IMG/VR virus record: IMGVR_UViG_3300021365_000005
Location: 33,457-97,456 of that record
Direction: 5' to 3' (one strand)
Origin: a virus
DNA: 64,000 nucleotides
The translations under genes and the position numbers were made by a program. Shown here piece by piece: positions 48,908 to 57,341 of the stretch (positions within the stretch are counted from its first letter, which is position 1; each line of letters begins with the position of its first letter). The notes below the pieces were generated by a model, which saw only the letters and a list, made by a program, of their open reading frames with translations, had not been told where the DNA came from and searched no databases.

Positions 48908-49243
48908 TTATTTCGTCATAGCTTTTACCAATTGGGAATAATCCCTGGTAAATGCCTTCTCTAAGGATTCGTCTTTTTGTACTGTTGGATTAGCTAACAA
49001 GGTGTTCATTCCAGGATTAACCCCACCACCTTGCATTGCTGCAAATGTAGCTCTAGCGTCTTTGCTATCAAAAGTTCCCATTGACTTCCAATCTCCATTA
49101 TCTTTCGTTTGGCTTAGTGCTTCATTTAAAGATATTGGTGCTTCGGGTTGTTTTTTTACTTCTGTAAGAGCCGACTTAACAGCTTTTTTAACCTCAGACT
49201 TAACTACAAGTCTGATGATTTCAACTAGTTCTTTCTTTTTCAT
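48908..49243 (-). CDS. Hypothetical protein with head-protein-like leader
   Basis: MKKKELVEIIR.VV..EV, LNE-A; ends RDYS.L.KAM. Confidence 0.6.
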   Translation of the reverse strand: MKKKELVEIIRLVVKSEVKKAVKSALTEVKKQPEAPISLNEALSQTKDNGDWKSMGTFDSKDARATFAAMQGGGVNPGMNTLLANPTVQKDESLEKAFTRDYSQLVKAMTK

Positions 49244-49262
49244 GTAAATAGGTTCCTATAGC

Positions 49263-49270
49263 TATAAATA
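49263..49270 (-). promoter_or_regulatory. Putative late promoter TATTTATA
   Basis: Upstream of 49243. Confidence 0.6.
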
Positions 49271-49297
49271 TAAAGTTATTAGGTAATTAGATATGGT

Positions 49298-50347
49298 CTA
49301 TTGCTTAAGAGCATTTAGTTTAGTTGTTATTGTTACTAGCTTAGGAATGACAGTGGGGTGTAGGGGTATGGGAGTGGATGGTCCTGGAGCAAACACCTGC
49401 TGAGACATTGTAGAAACTTCGGATATTAGATCTTCGAGGATATCACAGAGTTTGGTTATATCAGCTTTCCATTCTGGCGTTGAAATAGATACTCCCTTGT
49501 TTCCAGATATCACTACATTGTCTTCCGTAGAATTTATTATGATTTTATTAGAAGATAGAACTATTTGGCTTGCTCTATATTGATTAGGCTTTTGATATCC
49601 TATAGGCAACTTATTAGAAGTCTCGAAGTCTAATTCTTGGGCAGACGATAAAATTATATTTGAAGACCCATCATTTAGGTTTTCAGATCTAGTCATTCCA
49701 GAAGTCTCTTCTATTCCATTTGAAATAATAGTTATTGGATCACCATCAGTTCCGGTACTATTCCAGAATGTTGGATCTTCAGAGCCATTAGAGGTATTGC
49801 CAAATCTTATAGAATTTCCCCATCGGCCCTGAATTATTCTGTCACCTTCAAATGCAACTAAGGCAGGTATAAAAATAGGTGGTGCATAGTCTCCGACATT
49901 AGATTCTTCTTCAGCACCCATGTTTCCTGTAAATGTAGTAAATGGGTTTGGTTCTAAAGTAGTAGCTCTTCCAGGAGCAGCATTGTTACTAATAGCATTA
50001 AAGATTCCGACAGTTGAAGTGTAGTATAAAGCCCTAGCATGTTTACTAGAAATTATTCCAGGATTAGGGGCTTCTACTATTAGTACTGCCTCGCCTATCA
50101 AGGGTATTTTTAGATCGGTAGGATCAATTGGATTATACCATGACAAATTTTCTAAAGGAGTTCCTTTTTCGGTATCGTATCTTCGTCCTTTAATAGCTCC
50201 TATCGAAACCTCGGCAGTATTTTTATATGAAGGATGACTTTCACTTAAGATAACATCCATGACTTCTACTGGGAACGAGGTTCTTTTAAAGCCTTCTGGG
50301 CCAGCACTAGATGCTTTTTTAGATGTAGCTGAAAAAGGCCTAGCCAT
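49298..50347 (-). CDS. Baseplate hub/central spike protein (gp5-like, no lysozyme domain seen)
   Basis: P.IGE.V OB-fold-like motif, EGD.IIQGRWGNSIRFG, beta-repeat C-terminus. Confidence 0.65.
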   Translation of the reverse strand: MARPFSATSKKASSAGPEGFKRTSFPVEVMDVILSESHPSYKNTAEVSIGAIKGRRYDTEKGTPLENLSWYNPIDPTDLKIPLIGEAVLIVEAPNPGIISSKHARALYYTSTVGIFNAISNNAAPGRATTLEPNPFTTFTGNMGAEEESNVGDYAPPIFIPALVAFEGDRIIQGRWGNSIRFGNTSNGSEDPTFWNSTGTDGDPITIISNGIEETSGMTRSENLNDGSSNIILSSAQELDFETSNKLPIGYQKPNQYRASQIVLSSNKIIINSTEDNVVISGNKGVSISTPEWKADITKLCDILEDLISEVSTMSQQVFAPGPSTPIPLHPTVIPKLVTITTKLNALKQ

Positions 50348-50690
50348 TTGTAGTAGTCTCGTCTTCCATTTGGTTAACAGTATCTAAAAGCTGGCGCTTT
50401 TCCTCTTCAGATAATAATACTCCATTTGCAGAATCGCTAGCAGACCTTGACATAGCTCTTTGAACTATTGCTGCCATTTTTATAAGATGGTCGTCATTCT
50501 TTACACTAATATCCATATACTCAGCTATTAGAGGCACAATTACTGTGGCATCCCCTATATTTTTAATCATAGGTTGTAAGTCCTTTATTAAGCTGTTTAT
50601 TTGGACTTCTTTCTTTTTTGCATTGGTATAAATGTCGGATAGTAAGCCCGAGAAATTTTTACCTTTAAATACTTCTTGTTCGCCGTTCAT
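50340..50690 (-). CDS. Hypothetical helical protein
   Basis: AGGAGA SD; TATTTATT motif at 50705-50712. Confidence 0.6.
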   Translation of the reverse strand: MNGEQEVFKGKNFSGLLSDIYTNAKKKEVQINSLIKDLQPMIKNIGDATVIVPLIAEYMDISVKNDDHLIKMAAIVQRAMSRSASDSANGVLLSEEEKRQLLDTVNQMEDETTTNG

Positions 50691-50724
50691 AAGATTCTCC
50701 TATGAATAAATATCCTTACACAGG

Positions 50725-50758
50725 AAAATGCCCCGATCATTACTGACCGAGGCACTTT
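50725..50758 (-). terminator. Intrinsic terminator
   Basis: GTGCCTCGGTCA-GTAA-TGATCGGGGCAT followed by TTT; GNRA loop. Confidence 0.8.
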
Positions 50759-50796
50759 GTTATAACTTATTCCTCTAAAGGAATTTATTTATGTAC

Positions 50797-51021
50797 TTAC
50801 TTCTTAATAAAAAATGAGCAAACAAACAAAATAGCAACTAGTCCAGCAAAGCCGCTTTCGCCAACAGACTGGATAATTGATGTTAGGTTTGAAATTACAT
50901 CCAGACCGAATACTCCTGTACCGGTAAGGACTTGGAAAAGAATAGTAACTGGAAGTAGAGCTGTTAAAAGCGCAAATAATCCTCCGAGAAATCCATTCAT
51001 GTATTTAAATACAGAATCCAT
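50797..51021 (-). CDS. Small two-TM membrane protein
   Basis: Hydrophobic 74 aa, AGGAGA SD, followed by a terminator. Confidence 0.7.
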   Translation of the reverse strand: MDSVFKYMNGFLGGLFALLTALLPVTILFQVLTGTGVFGLDVISNLTSIIQSVGESGFAGLVAILFVCSFFIKK

Positions 51022-51065
51022 AGTTATATCTCCTATTTATAAGTTTTGTGACAATATTGTCGTGA

Positions 51066-51845
51066 TCAAATCGTATTACCATTTTCAAATTGTTTAAATA
51101 AACGGGTATACTCTGATTTAATTTCATTCACCACTTTAGTAATGTATTGGGTTTTAGTTCCAGTCATTTCTCGGATCATAATGTACAAGGCTTTCTTGTT
51201 ATAGTTCTCGATGTTTTCACGGTTCTTAAATAGCTCTAAGACAGCATAAGCTATGCTTTGGTCTCTTTTAATTTTATATGTTGATTCTACTTTAGCATCA
51301 TAGTATTCGATAAAATGATCCAGGAAAGCTAGTATAGATTCTTGTCTTTCAGTTCTTACAATTTCATTAACAACATTACGATTATTGTCAATAGCTTCTT
51401 GTGGGATTCTAGTTATAAGACGCTTGTAACTTTTATTATTATTTTGTATAAGATAGTTTTTTGCTACGATACTAAAGTATGAGAATGCTCGGCCTTTGTC
51501 TGGTGTATACTTATTTAGTTTTTCTAGTAGGAATGAAATAACTTCATACTTAACATCTTCAGGAGAACCATCCATGTAATAAAATTTAAATCTATGAATT
51601 AGATTTTCAGCCATTTTATATAGTGGATAGTGTATGTGTTCTTTGTAAATCCTATTTCGTTTTTTACGATCCTCGTCAATATTATAAGCTACGATTGCAG
51701 CTTCAGTAACAGGAGTAAAGTACATTTTATTTTTTCTAGGTCTTCCCCTTCGCCCGGGCCTAAGGTACTCTGCTTCAAAAGCAGCTTGTAGCTTGTCATG
51801 GTCTTCATAAAATTTAGATATTGGACTAGTCTTTGTCTGTGCCAT
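51066..51845 (-). CDS. Phage RNA polymerase sigma factor (gp55-like late sigma)
   Basis: Region-2-like KMAENL..., KY.PDKG.AFSYF...AKNY. Confidence 0.75.
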   Translation of the reverse strand: MAQTKTSPISKFYEDHDKLQAAFEAEYLRPGRRGRPRKNKMYFTPVTEAAIVAYNIDEDRKKRNRIYKEHIHYPLYKMAENLIHRFKFYYMDGSPEDVKYEVISFLLEKLNKYTPDKGRAFSYFSIVAKNYLIQNNNKSYKRLITRIPQEAIDNNRNVVNEIVRTERQESILAFLDHFIEYYDAKVESTYKIKRDQSIAYAVLELFKNRENIENYNKKALYIMIREMTGTKTQYITKVVNEIKSEYTRLFKQFENGNTI

Positions 51846-52107
51846 ATTTATTCTCTAGCTTATCCATAACTTTTTTTAGATCCTTGAATATAGATCCAAT
51901 TTCATCGTCAGCTTCAAAGCCGCCTTTATGATCTATTCGCTTCATTTCAGAAAATGTTTTATGGAGATCGCCATAAAGTTCAACCATTGTGTTGTATAAA
52001 GATTCACAATCAGAAACAGCCGCGTCTAGTTTTCGAAGCAAATTCCAAATTATGAATGCAGAAATAATTGCTTCTACTAGAATAAATATTGATAGTAATA
52101 AAATCAT
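51826..52107 (-). CDS. Membrane-anchored hypothetical protein
   Basis: N-terminal TM helix, D..G.FE.DDE.G..F motif. Confidence 0.6.
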   Translation of the reverse strand: MILLLSIFILVEAIISAFIIWNLLRKLDAAVSDCESLYNTMVELYGDLHKTFSEMKRIDHKGGFEADDEIGSIFKDLKKVMDKLENKYGTDKD

Positions 52108-52850
52108 TCGCCGAACAAGTCCTTAAATAGGTCATTTGCTTTTTCACTAGCTACAGAAACAGTTTTCTTTTTATTGCCACGAGGAAGATTACTAGGCTTG
52201 CTAGATCTAGATGCCTTTGCAGTGTCATGCTCTATTCTAGATGCCATGTGATCTGCGTGGTGAAGAAGTATTGGCAAATGGTTTTGTAATTCTTTTTGAG
52301 GATTGTATGTCTTAAAATAAGCCTCATTAGCTTGGTCATATAATCCATCATGGCATCTAATAGCTATTGCTTCATTAACCGTAAAAGGAATTCCAAAGTC
52401 TTGTAATAAAAATAAGCTTCTATCTGGTACAGTCATATGTCTTAACTTTGGATGATAGTCATATATTTTACCTTGGTTTTTTCTATGCCACTCCGAAGGG
52501 TTAGGAATGTAGTATGGAAATTCGCGATCGCCAATTTTACCAAGGTCGTGATTCAATGCAGAAAACATAAGTTCCTCTTCAGTAAAGTCAGAAGATATTG
52601 CTCCCATTAAGTTCCACGACTTGTGGAGTTCTTTAGCACATTTAATAACTCGAAGGACATGATCTACATAACCACCCTCAAAACAATTATGATAATGTTC
52701 TAATCCTGATGCAGGTGCTATAACCATTCTTTCTTCAAAAAAGGAATACATAGCAAGCAGGTTATCTTTTCGAGTTCCACTAAATTCAGTGGAAATTATT
52801 TCCTGAAGCTCTGCCCAATTGTCTAAAAGTTGTTTGTCTGTTAATTTCAT
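52104..52850 (-). CDS. HD-domain phosphohydrolase
   Basis: PAS...H..F.GG...H, HDLGK, HDG, H.AD. Confidence 0.88.
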   Translation of the reverse strand: MKLTDKQLLDNWAELQEIISTEFSGTRKDNLLAMYSFFEERMVIAPASGLEHYHNCFEGGYVDHVLRVIKCAKELHKSWNLMGAISSDFTEEELMFSALNHDLGKIGDREFPYYIPNPSEWHRKNQGKIYDYHPKLRHMTVPDRSLFLLQDFGIPFTVNEAIAIRCHDGLYDQANEAYFKTYNPQKELQNHLPILLHHADHMASRIEHDTAKASRSSKPSNLPRGNKKKTVSVASEKANDLFKDLFGE

Positions 52851-52851
52851 A

Positions 52852-53481
52852 TTAGCCTATTTCGTCGATGATCCCAACTGCCATGGCTTCTTGAGCCGTG
52901 AAGTATTTGTCATGGGAAGTTTCTTGAGTCCACCACTTAGCGGGCTTTTTTGTATACTCTTCTAAGATCTCACCGATCATTATATCAATCTTAGTATAGT
53001 GTTCTGCAGTAGATTTTAAATCTCCAATTTTACCTGATGTAGTTCCCATACCTTGGTGCAACATTATTGAGGATCTTTTAGAAGCATATCGGGTTCCGGT
53101 ACCTGCAGCTAGTATAAGTGCTCCTGCTGACATTGCTTTCCCTCTGCAGATAGTATTAACAGGAACGTCTAGATTTTCCATATAGTCTATAATACCTAAG
53201 GCAGAAAACGCACAGCCGCCGAATGAATCTATAACTAAATTTATTGGAAGAGTTGCTTCAGACTCGTCTCTATTATTCATAACCATTCGACACTTAACGA
53301 TAATATCCGCTAGACTAAATTCGTCAATAGGACCTGTAAGGTAGACCAGAGAATCTTTAATTGATAATCCATTTTCCAATTCACTTAGATCTGGAGGAGT
53401 TTTCTCAATTGTTATTTCAATAGGAGTCTCGTCTTTTTTTAAGACTTTTTCTTTATATAAATCTTCTGACATGTTAATCAA
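52852..53481 (-). CDS. clpP: ClpP-family protease subunit
   Basis: I.S.GG, G.AMSAG (Ser), MLHQ (His), HD.YF.A.EA...G.ID (Asp). Confidence 0.92.
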   Translation of the reverse strand: MINMSEDLYKEKVLKKDETPIEITIEKTPPDLSELENGLSIKDSLVYLTGPIDEFSLADIIVKCRMVMNNRDESEATLPINLVIDSFGGCAFSALGIIDYMENLDVPVNTICRGKAMSAGALILAAGTGTRYASKRSSIMLHQGMGTTSGKIGDLKSTAEHYTKIDIMIGEILEEYTKKPAKWWTQETSHDKYFTAQEAMAVGIIDEIG

Positions 53482-53686
53482 GTAATAATTTTAGTTGTTT
53501 AGGATCTCCAGATTCTTCTGGCATTCCAAAGGTCTTTTTTATTGAATTGCTATCATACCCCAATGCATGAGCCATTCGAATACAATTTAATTTAAAAGCC
53601 TCAAGGGATAAATCATGTTGAACTTCAAATACGATTCTTTGGGCCTCTATTGATTCCACAGAACGTTCATAAATTAATTTATCCAT
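53474..53686 (-). CDS. Hypothetical protein
   Basis: 70 aa, GGAG SD, coupled to clpP. Confidence 0.6.
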   Translation of the reverse strand: MDKLIYERSVESIEAQRIVFEVQHDLSLEAFKLNCIRMAHALGYDSNSIKKTFGMPEESGDPKQLKLLLD

Positions 53687-53714
53687 CTCACATACTCCGA
53701 TTTTTTATTGTTAT

Positions 53715-53747
53715 CTAAATATACGAAATAAATGTTGAATAAAAAAA
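53715..53747 (-). promoter_or_regulatory. Putative host-type/middle promoter of the clpP-HD-sigma operon
   Basis: TTTTTTTAT, spacer, CGTATATTTAG. Confidence 0.5.
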
Positions 53748-53758
53748 TAAATAGAAGG

Positions 53759-54370
53759 TTAGTTTGCCATAAAGTCTTCAAAAACAAATTTCTTTGGAAA
53801 CTTACCCAATGCAATGCGTTGAAGTTTTTTTATTTCTTGCATTATAGGTTTTTGGTCTTTTTTAAACCTTGTTTTTGCTAGTTTTTTCTTTAGCTTGTGA
53901 AGTTGAACTGAAGCATGGCTTCTAGCTCGCTCCTTGTCTTTTTTGCGAATCCTTTTTTTAGGTTCGACCTTAGTTGGCTCTAGAGTCCCTTTTAAATCTG
54001 GTTGCTCTACACCTCGGAAGAATACACTACCATCTTTATCTACAAACTCAACCATAAAGTGCCATCCCTGAGGTCTTCCGGAAGATGTTCTTTGCGAAGA
54101 TATATCAGGAGGACCTACCTGTTCTTGTACACATGCGGAACATACTATGCTTGCAGCTGAAAGTCCTGCTACACAGTCTTGTCCACATTCTTTGCAAGCC
54201 ATGTATCTATATGTAAGTGCAGGGTTTTGATTCCACTTAGTTCCTAATGCATATCTTATTGGATATTCACATAAGGCATCAAAAGCTTTTTGGTCTTTTG
54301 GAGGAGCCTCTTTTTTGCGACTTCTAGATCCTTTAATCTTTGGGATTTTATTTGATTTCTTTTTCGCCAT
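53759..54370 (-). CDS. Basic Zn-finger protein
   Basis: CKEC..CSAC; RP.GWH...FVD..G.V..RG.E. Confidence 0.6.
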   Translation of the reverse strand: MAKKKSNKIPKIKGSRSRKKEAPPKDQKAFDALCEYPIRYALGTKWNQNPALTYRYMACKECGQDCVAGLSAASIVCSACVQEQVGPPDISSQRTSSGRPQGWHFMVEFVDKDGSVFFRGVEQPDLKGTLEPTKVEPKKRIRKKDKERARSHASVQLHKLKKKLAKTRFKKDQKPIMQEIKKLQRIALGKFPKKFVFEDFMAN

Positions 54371-55319
54371 ATAAGTTTTTCTTTATTTCTTTAATTTTTT
54401 TCTGTTTATCAGCCATACTAATGTTTCCTCCTTTTGCTATAAGATCTAGAGTTAGTTCTATTACTTTATTTTGTCTACTATCTATTTTGTTTACAACAGG
54501 CTTTTTTACTACAGGATCTTTTACGACTTTAGGAGCTTTTAAAATTTTAGTCTTTTCAAGTATTGGGGTTTTACCGAAAGCTATATTAGCAACTACAACT
54601 AAAGCTATAGCTAAAGGATCAAATACGAATATAATTAATAGCATAAACCAATTAATAATTGAATCCATAGGTTTATTAATAAGAGTTGATACGTATTTTA
54701 ATGGGCCAAGTTCTCGAGTTGTCTCGTCATTAATTTTCAGATCTAAAATTTGAATGTCAATAGCTGATATCGAATCTGATGCTACTGCATATGCCACCCT
54801 AGCTTCTTCCAATTGACTTTGTAAAGCTTTTCGCTGTCTAGATGACGTGGTAGTTACCAAAAGCCCTGACTCTCTATCTACATATTGTATTGCTGTAGGA
54901 TTAGCCAAAGCCTCTGACCAAGTTATGATGTTCGTATTTAGAACTTCGGAGTCTCTAACGAACCTGTTTTGCTTTGATTCCAAAATGGCAATTTCATTTG
55001 AAGTAATGGCTTCTTTAGCAGACGTTTCTTGATAAGCTCCAGATAGGAATCCATATATACCAGCTGAAGTTATGGCAATTAGAACTACCATAGCAACAGA
55101 AAGGTATGTTCTTAAAAATACATTAACCCTGTCCCAGTATTGATATAAAGCTGATGCAGTTACTAACTTGGCAAACTCTAATGAAGAGGCCATTATAATA
55201 ACTGCGGTAGATGCTCCTGCAAATAGATTACTTAATCCATATACCGAATAGAATGCAGCGGATGCCGAAACAAATAGTGCCGACATTGCTACAACATAAG
55301 GAAACAAATTAAATTTCAT
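54348..55319 (-). CDS. Membrane protein with coiled coil
   Basis: Three N-terminal TM segments, ELGPLKY, IIFVFDPLAI.L. Confidence 0.75.
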   Translation of the reverse strand: MKFNLFPYVVAMSALFVSASAAFYSVYGLSNLFAGASTAVIIMASSLEFAKLVTASALYQYWDRVNVFLRTYLSVAMVVLIAITSAGIYGFLSGAYQETSAKEAITSNEIAILESKQNRFVRDSEVLNTNIITWSEALANPTAIQYVDRESGLLVTTTSSRQRKALQSQLEEARVAYAVASDSISAIDIQILDLKINDETTRELGPLKYVSTLINKPMDSIINWFMLLIIFVFDPLAIALVVVANIAFGKTPILEKTKILKAPKVVKDPVVKKPVVNKIDSRQNKVIELTLDLIAKGGNISMADKQKKIKEIKKNLYGEKEIK

Positions 55320-55337
55320 ATAAATAAGTATATTAAT

Positions 55338-56006
55338 TTAGGCTTTAGAGTTTAACTTGAAAATGTATGTATGAAAAACAGTTTCGCCTATAGTCTTAAC
55401 CCTGTGTTCACATGGAAGTTTACCTTTATTAACAAAGACCTTTTTTATTATATCTAATGCTTTAAGGTCGTGAGAGGTTATGGCTAATGACCCGCTAATA
55501 ATTGAAACGGTTAACGAGTCCAGCTTATATATACTGGCGGGTAGTTGTTCAGGACCTTTATTACTGGTTGGTATTAATGGAAGCGCTGACGTTAATCTAT
55601 CAATATAGAAATCTAACTCTAAAGGGGCTAAAGTTGAAAACCAATTTTCAAAGATCCGCTTATCATTTCCGAAAATAACTGATTTGTCTTCTGGTTGTAA
55701 AAGATCCCAAGCTTCTCCTGGGTCATATTCAGTATTTCTCTGAGACCACTCTATATACCCATCCATTTCCTCTTTAGTCATAGTAGCAGCAGTAGATATC
55801 CAGTCAACAACAACGTCATCATTTTGGCTATTAGTATTTGTCTGAGATAACTCATATACCAACTCATTAAGGAGAGAATTATAAAATGACTTACCTGATT
55901 TCTCTACAAAGATCTGCTTAAAGTCTTCTTGGCAAAACTTCCACATGGCTTTATTGTCTTGTACGTCTTTAAATTTCCAAATCATTGCTTCGTCAAAATC
56001 ATTCAT
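55338..56006 (-). CDS. Hypothetical protein
   Basis: 222 aa, GGAGA SD, immediately downstream of the tmRNA. Confidence 0.65.
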   Translation of the reverse strand: MNDFDEAMIWKFKDVQDNKAMWKFCQEDFKQIFVEKSGKSFYNSLLNELVYELSQTNTNSQNDDVVVDWISTAATMTKEEMDGYIEWSQRNTEYDPGEAWDLLQPEDKSVIFGNDKRIFENWFSTLAPLELDFYIDRLTSALPLIPTSNKGPEQLPASIYKLDSLTVSIISGSLAITSHDLKALDIIKKVFVNKGKLPCEHRVKTIGETVFHTYIFKLNSKA

Positions 56007-56107
56007 TATAATTCTCCAAATATGTTCCGCCTTCCTCCGGGCTTTAATGATACGACTAGAATAGATCTAATCTTGCCCTGTTAATACCAGCAGCTCCGGG
56101 TACCTTA

Positions 56108-56140
56108 TTAGGCAGCCATTGCTAGTTCAACTTGTTCGCC
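56108..56140 (-). other. tmRNA tag reading frame (A)GEQVELAMAA*
   Basis: TTAACT-GGC GAA CAA GTT GAA CTA GCA ATG GCT GCC TAA TAA; stops in a hairpin loop. Confidence 0.88.
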
Positions 56141-56201
56141 AGTTAATTGCGTTGTGATCTTCTGAATGCTCTTATCATATGGTCAAATCCAAAATCACCC
56201 C

Positions 56202-56268
56202 CATATTATATCTATTTGAATATAATTCATTAGATATTGATCATATTATATCTAATTGAATATAATTC
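56202..56268. repeat. 27-bp direct repeat, two copies, in the tmRNA intervening segment
   Basis: catattatatctaWttgaatataattc at 56202 and 56242; one mismatch. Confidence 0.9.
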
Positions 56269-56334
56269 TTTGTGGAGGTGGGGGGAGTCGAACCCCCGTC
56301 CCGATATGTAGCTGACACTCATACTTCGATCATC

Positions 56335-56342
56335 TATAAATA
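56335..56342 (-). promoter_or_regulatory. Putative late promoter TATTTATA driving the tmRNA
   Basis: Directly abuts the inferred 5' end of the acceptor piece. Confidence 0.7.
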
Positions 56343-56348
56343 TAAGGT

Positions 56349-56702
56349 CTAGCTCATTAATGCTGAGAGTTTCTTATGTTTATTATATAGTTTATTCACG
56401 ATCTTGAGATCGGTGTTATCCTTCAGCTTTGTAGATCGATATTTCATTAGAATATCAAATACTTGTTTAGCATCAGATTTAATATCAGCAGAGTCAAAGT
56501 TTCTTAAGCCAGTCGACCTTTTAATATTATCATGGATCAGAGCTAGTACTATATCTAATTTTTTAATAGTAGAATCTGAATCATTCTCATCCTCTAGAGA
56601 ATTCATAAAGGTGTTTAGGGTTCCAGTTAAATTTGAGTTACCCCTTTTCCTCCACTCCTTTTTTTCTAGAGGCTTTTGTTTTTGCTTTTTTGGCATTAAC
56701 AT
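56349..56702 (-). CDS. Hypothetical protein
   Basis: Open frame in the operon; start uncertain. Confidence 0.55.
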   Translation of the reverse strand: MLMPKKQKQKPLEKKEWRKRGNSNLTGTLNTFMNSLEDENDSDSTIKKLDIVLALIHDNIKRSTGLRNFDSADIKSDAKQVFDILMKYRSTKLKDNTDLKIVNKLYNKHKKLSALMS

Positions 56703-56856
56703 TATCCTGGGTTTTTGTATACTCTTTGAGGATGTCGATTATGACATGTTTATCTAGCACGGTAGTTGTCATCTGAGACAACTTACTTCGAAAATAAAAA
56801 TAGCTCCAAAGTCCACCTATCGTAGCTCCGCTTATAAATACCATTATACTATTCAT
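56638..56856 (-). CDS. Small membrane-anchored protein
   Basis: N-terminal TM helix, basic tail. Confidence 0.55.
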   Translation of the reverse strand: MNSIMVFISGATIGGLWSYFYFRSKLSQMTTTVLDKHVIIDILKEYTKTQDNVNAKKAKTKASRKKGVEEKG

Positions 56857-57184
56857 AAGTTTTACTCCATTGACTTACAGGTGTTCCAGTACCAGCATCT
56901 AACATACCCATACGTCGAGCAGTGTTATATTGGTATTGGGCATCTTTAAGTGTGTCCATGATACGTGACGCTTCAGAAGCTGTAATTTCAAACTCCCGAC
57001 CTCCAATACATAACGAACCAATCAATGGTTGTTCAGCAGGAGGTGTAGGTCTTTGAGCTTTCATTCCTTTAGCCAGTTTAAAGTTTATACCATTCCATAG
57101 TTTTCCATATTTGTCAGGATTAAACTTTGGTTTGGATCGTTCCCTATTGGAACCTTGTTTGTAAGAATTATTATTCTTTACCAT
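56849..57184 (-). CDS. Hypothetical protein
   Basis: 111-aa ORF after an AT-rich gap. Confidence 0.6.
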   Translation of the reverse strand: MVKNNNSYKQGSNRERSKPKFNPDKYGKLWNGINFKLAKGMKAQRPTPPAEQPLIGSLCIGGREFEITASEASRIMDTLKDAQYQYNTARRMGMLDAGTGTPVSQWSKTYE

Positions 57185-57308
57185 TTATTAAAAATTTAGA
57201 TTATTAAAACAACACCCGGTTAACATACTTGTTATTATATTAGTATATGTTAACTTATTATTAAATTTGTATATTTTATTACTTGAAAGTAAGTAGAATA
57301 ATTACATT

Positions 57309-57341
57309 GTAAATATAATACATAAACTCCACATAAAAAAA
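57309..57341 (-). promoter_or_regulatory. Putative host-type/middle promoter
   Basis: TTTTTTTAT, spacer, TATATTTAC. Confidence 0.45.

Larger units (their letters stand above)
56040..56334 (-). ncRNA. ssrA: Circularly permuted (two-piece) tmRNA: acceptor piece ~56334-56273, intervening segment 56272-56203, coding piece from 56202 (3' end uncertain)
   Basis: GGGGGTG pairs with CACCTCC-A (G3-U70, A73); T arm GGGGG-TTCGACT-CCCCC preceded by GAC; D-loop ATTTTGGATTTGAC; the 3' half is encoded upstream of the 5' half. Confidence 0.92.

Noticed and set aside
56271-56310. Stand-alone tRNA or attP-type tRNA fragment
   Set aside because: No anticodon or D arm upstream; the matching 5' acceptor strand and a tag frame lie downstream, which fits a permuted tmRNA. 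No integrase is present.
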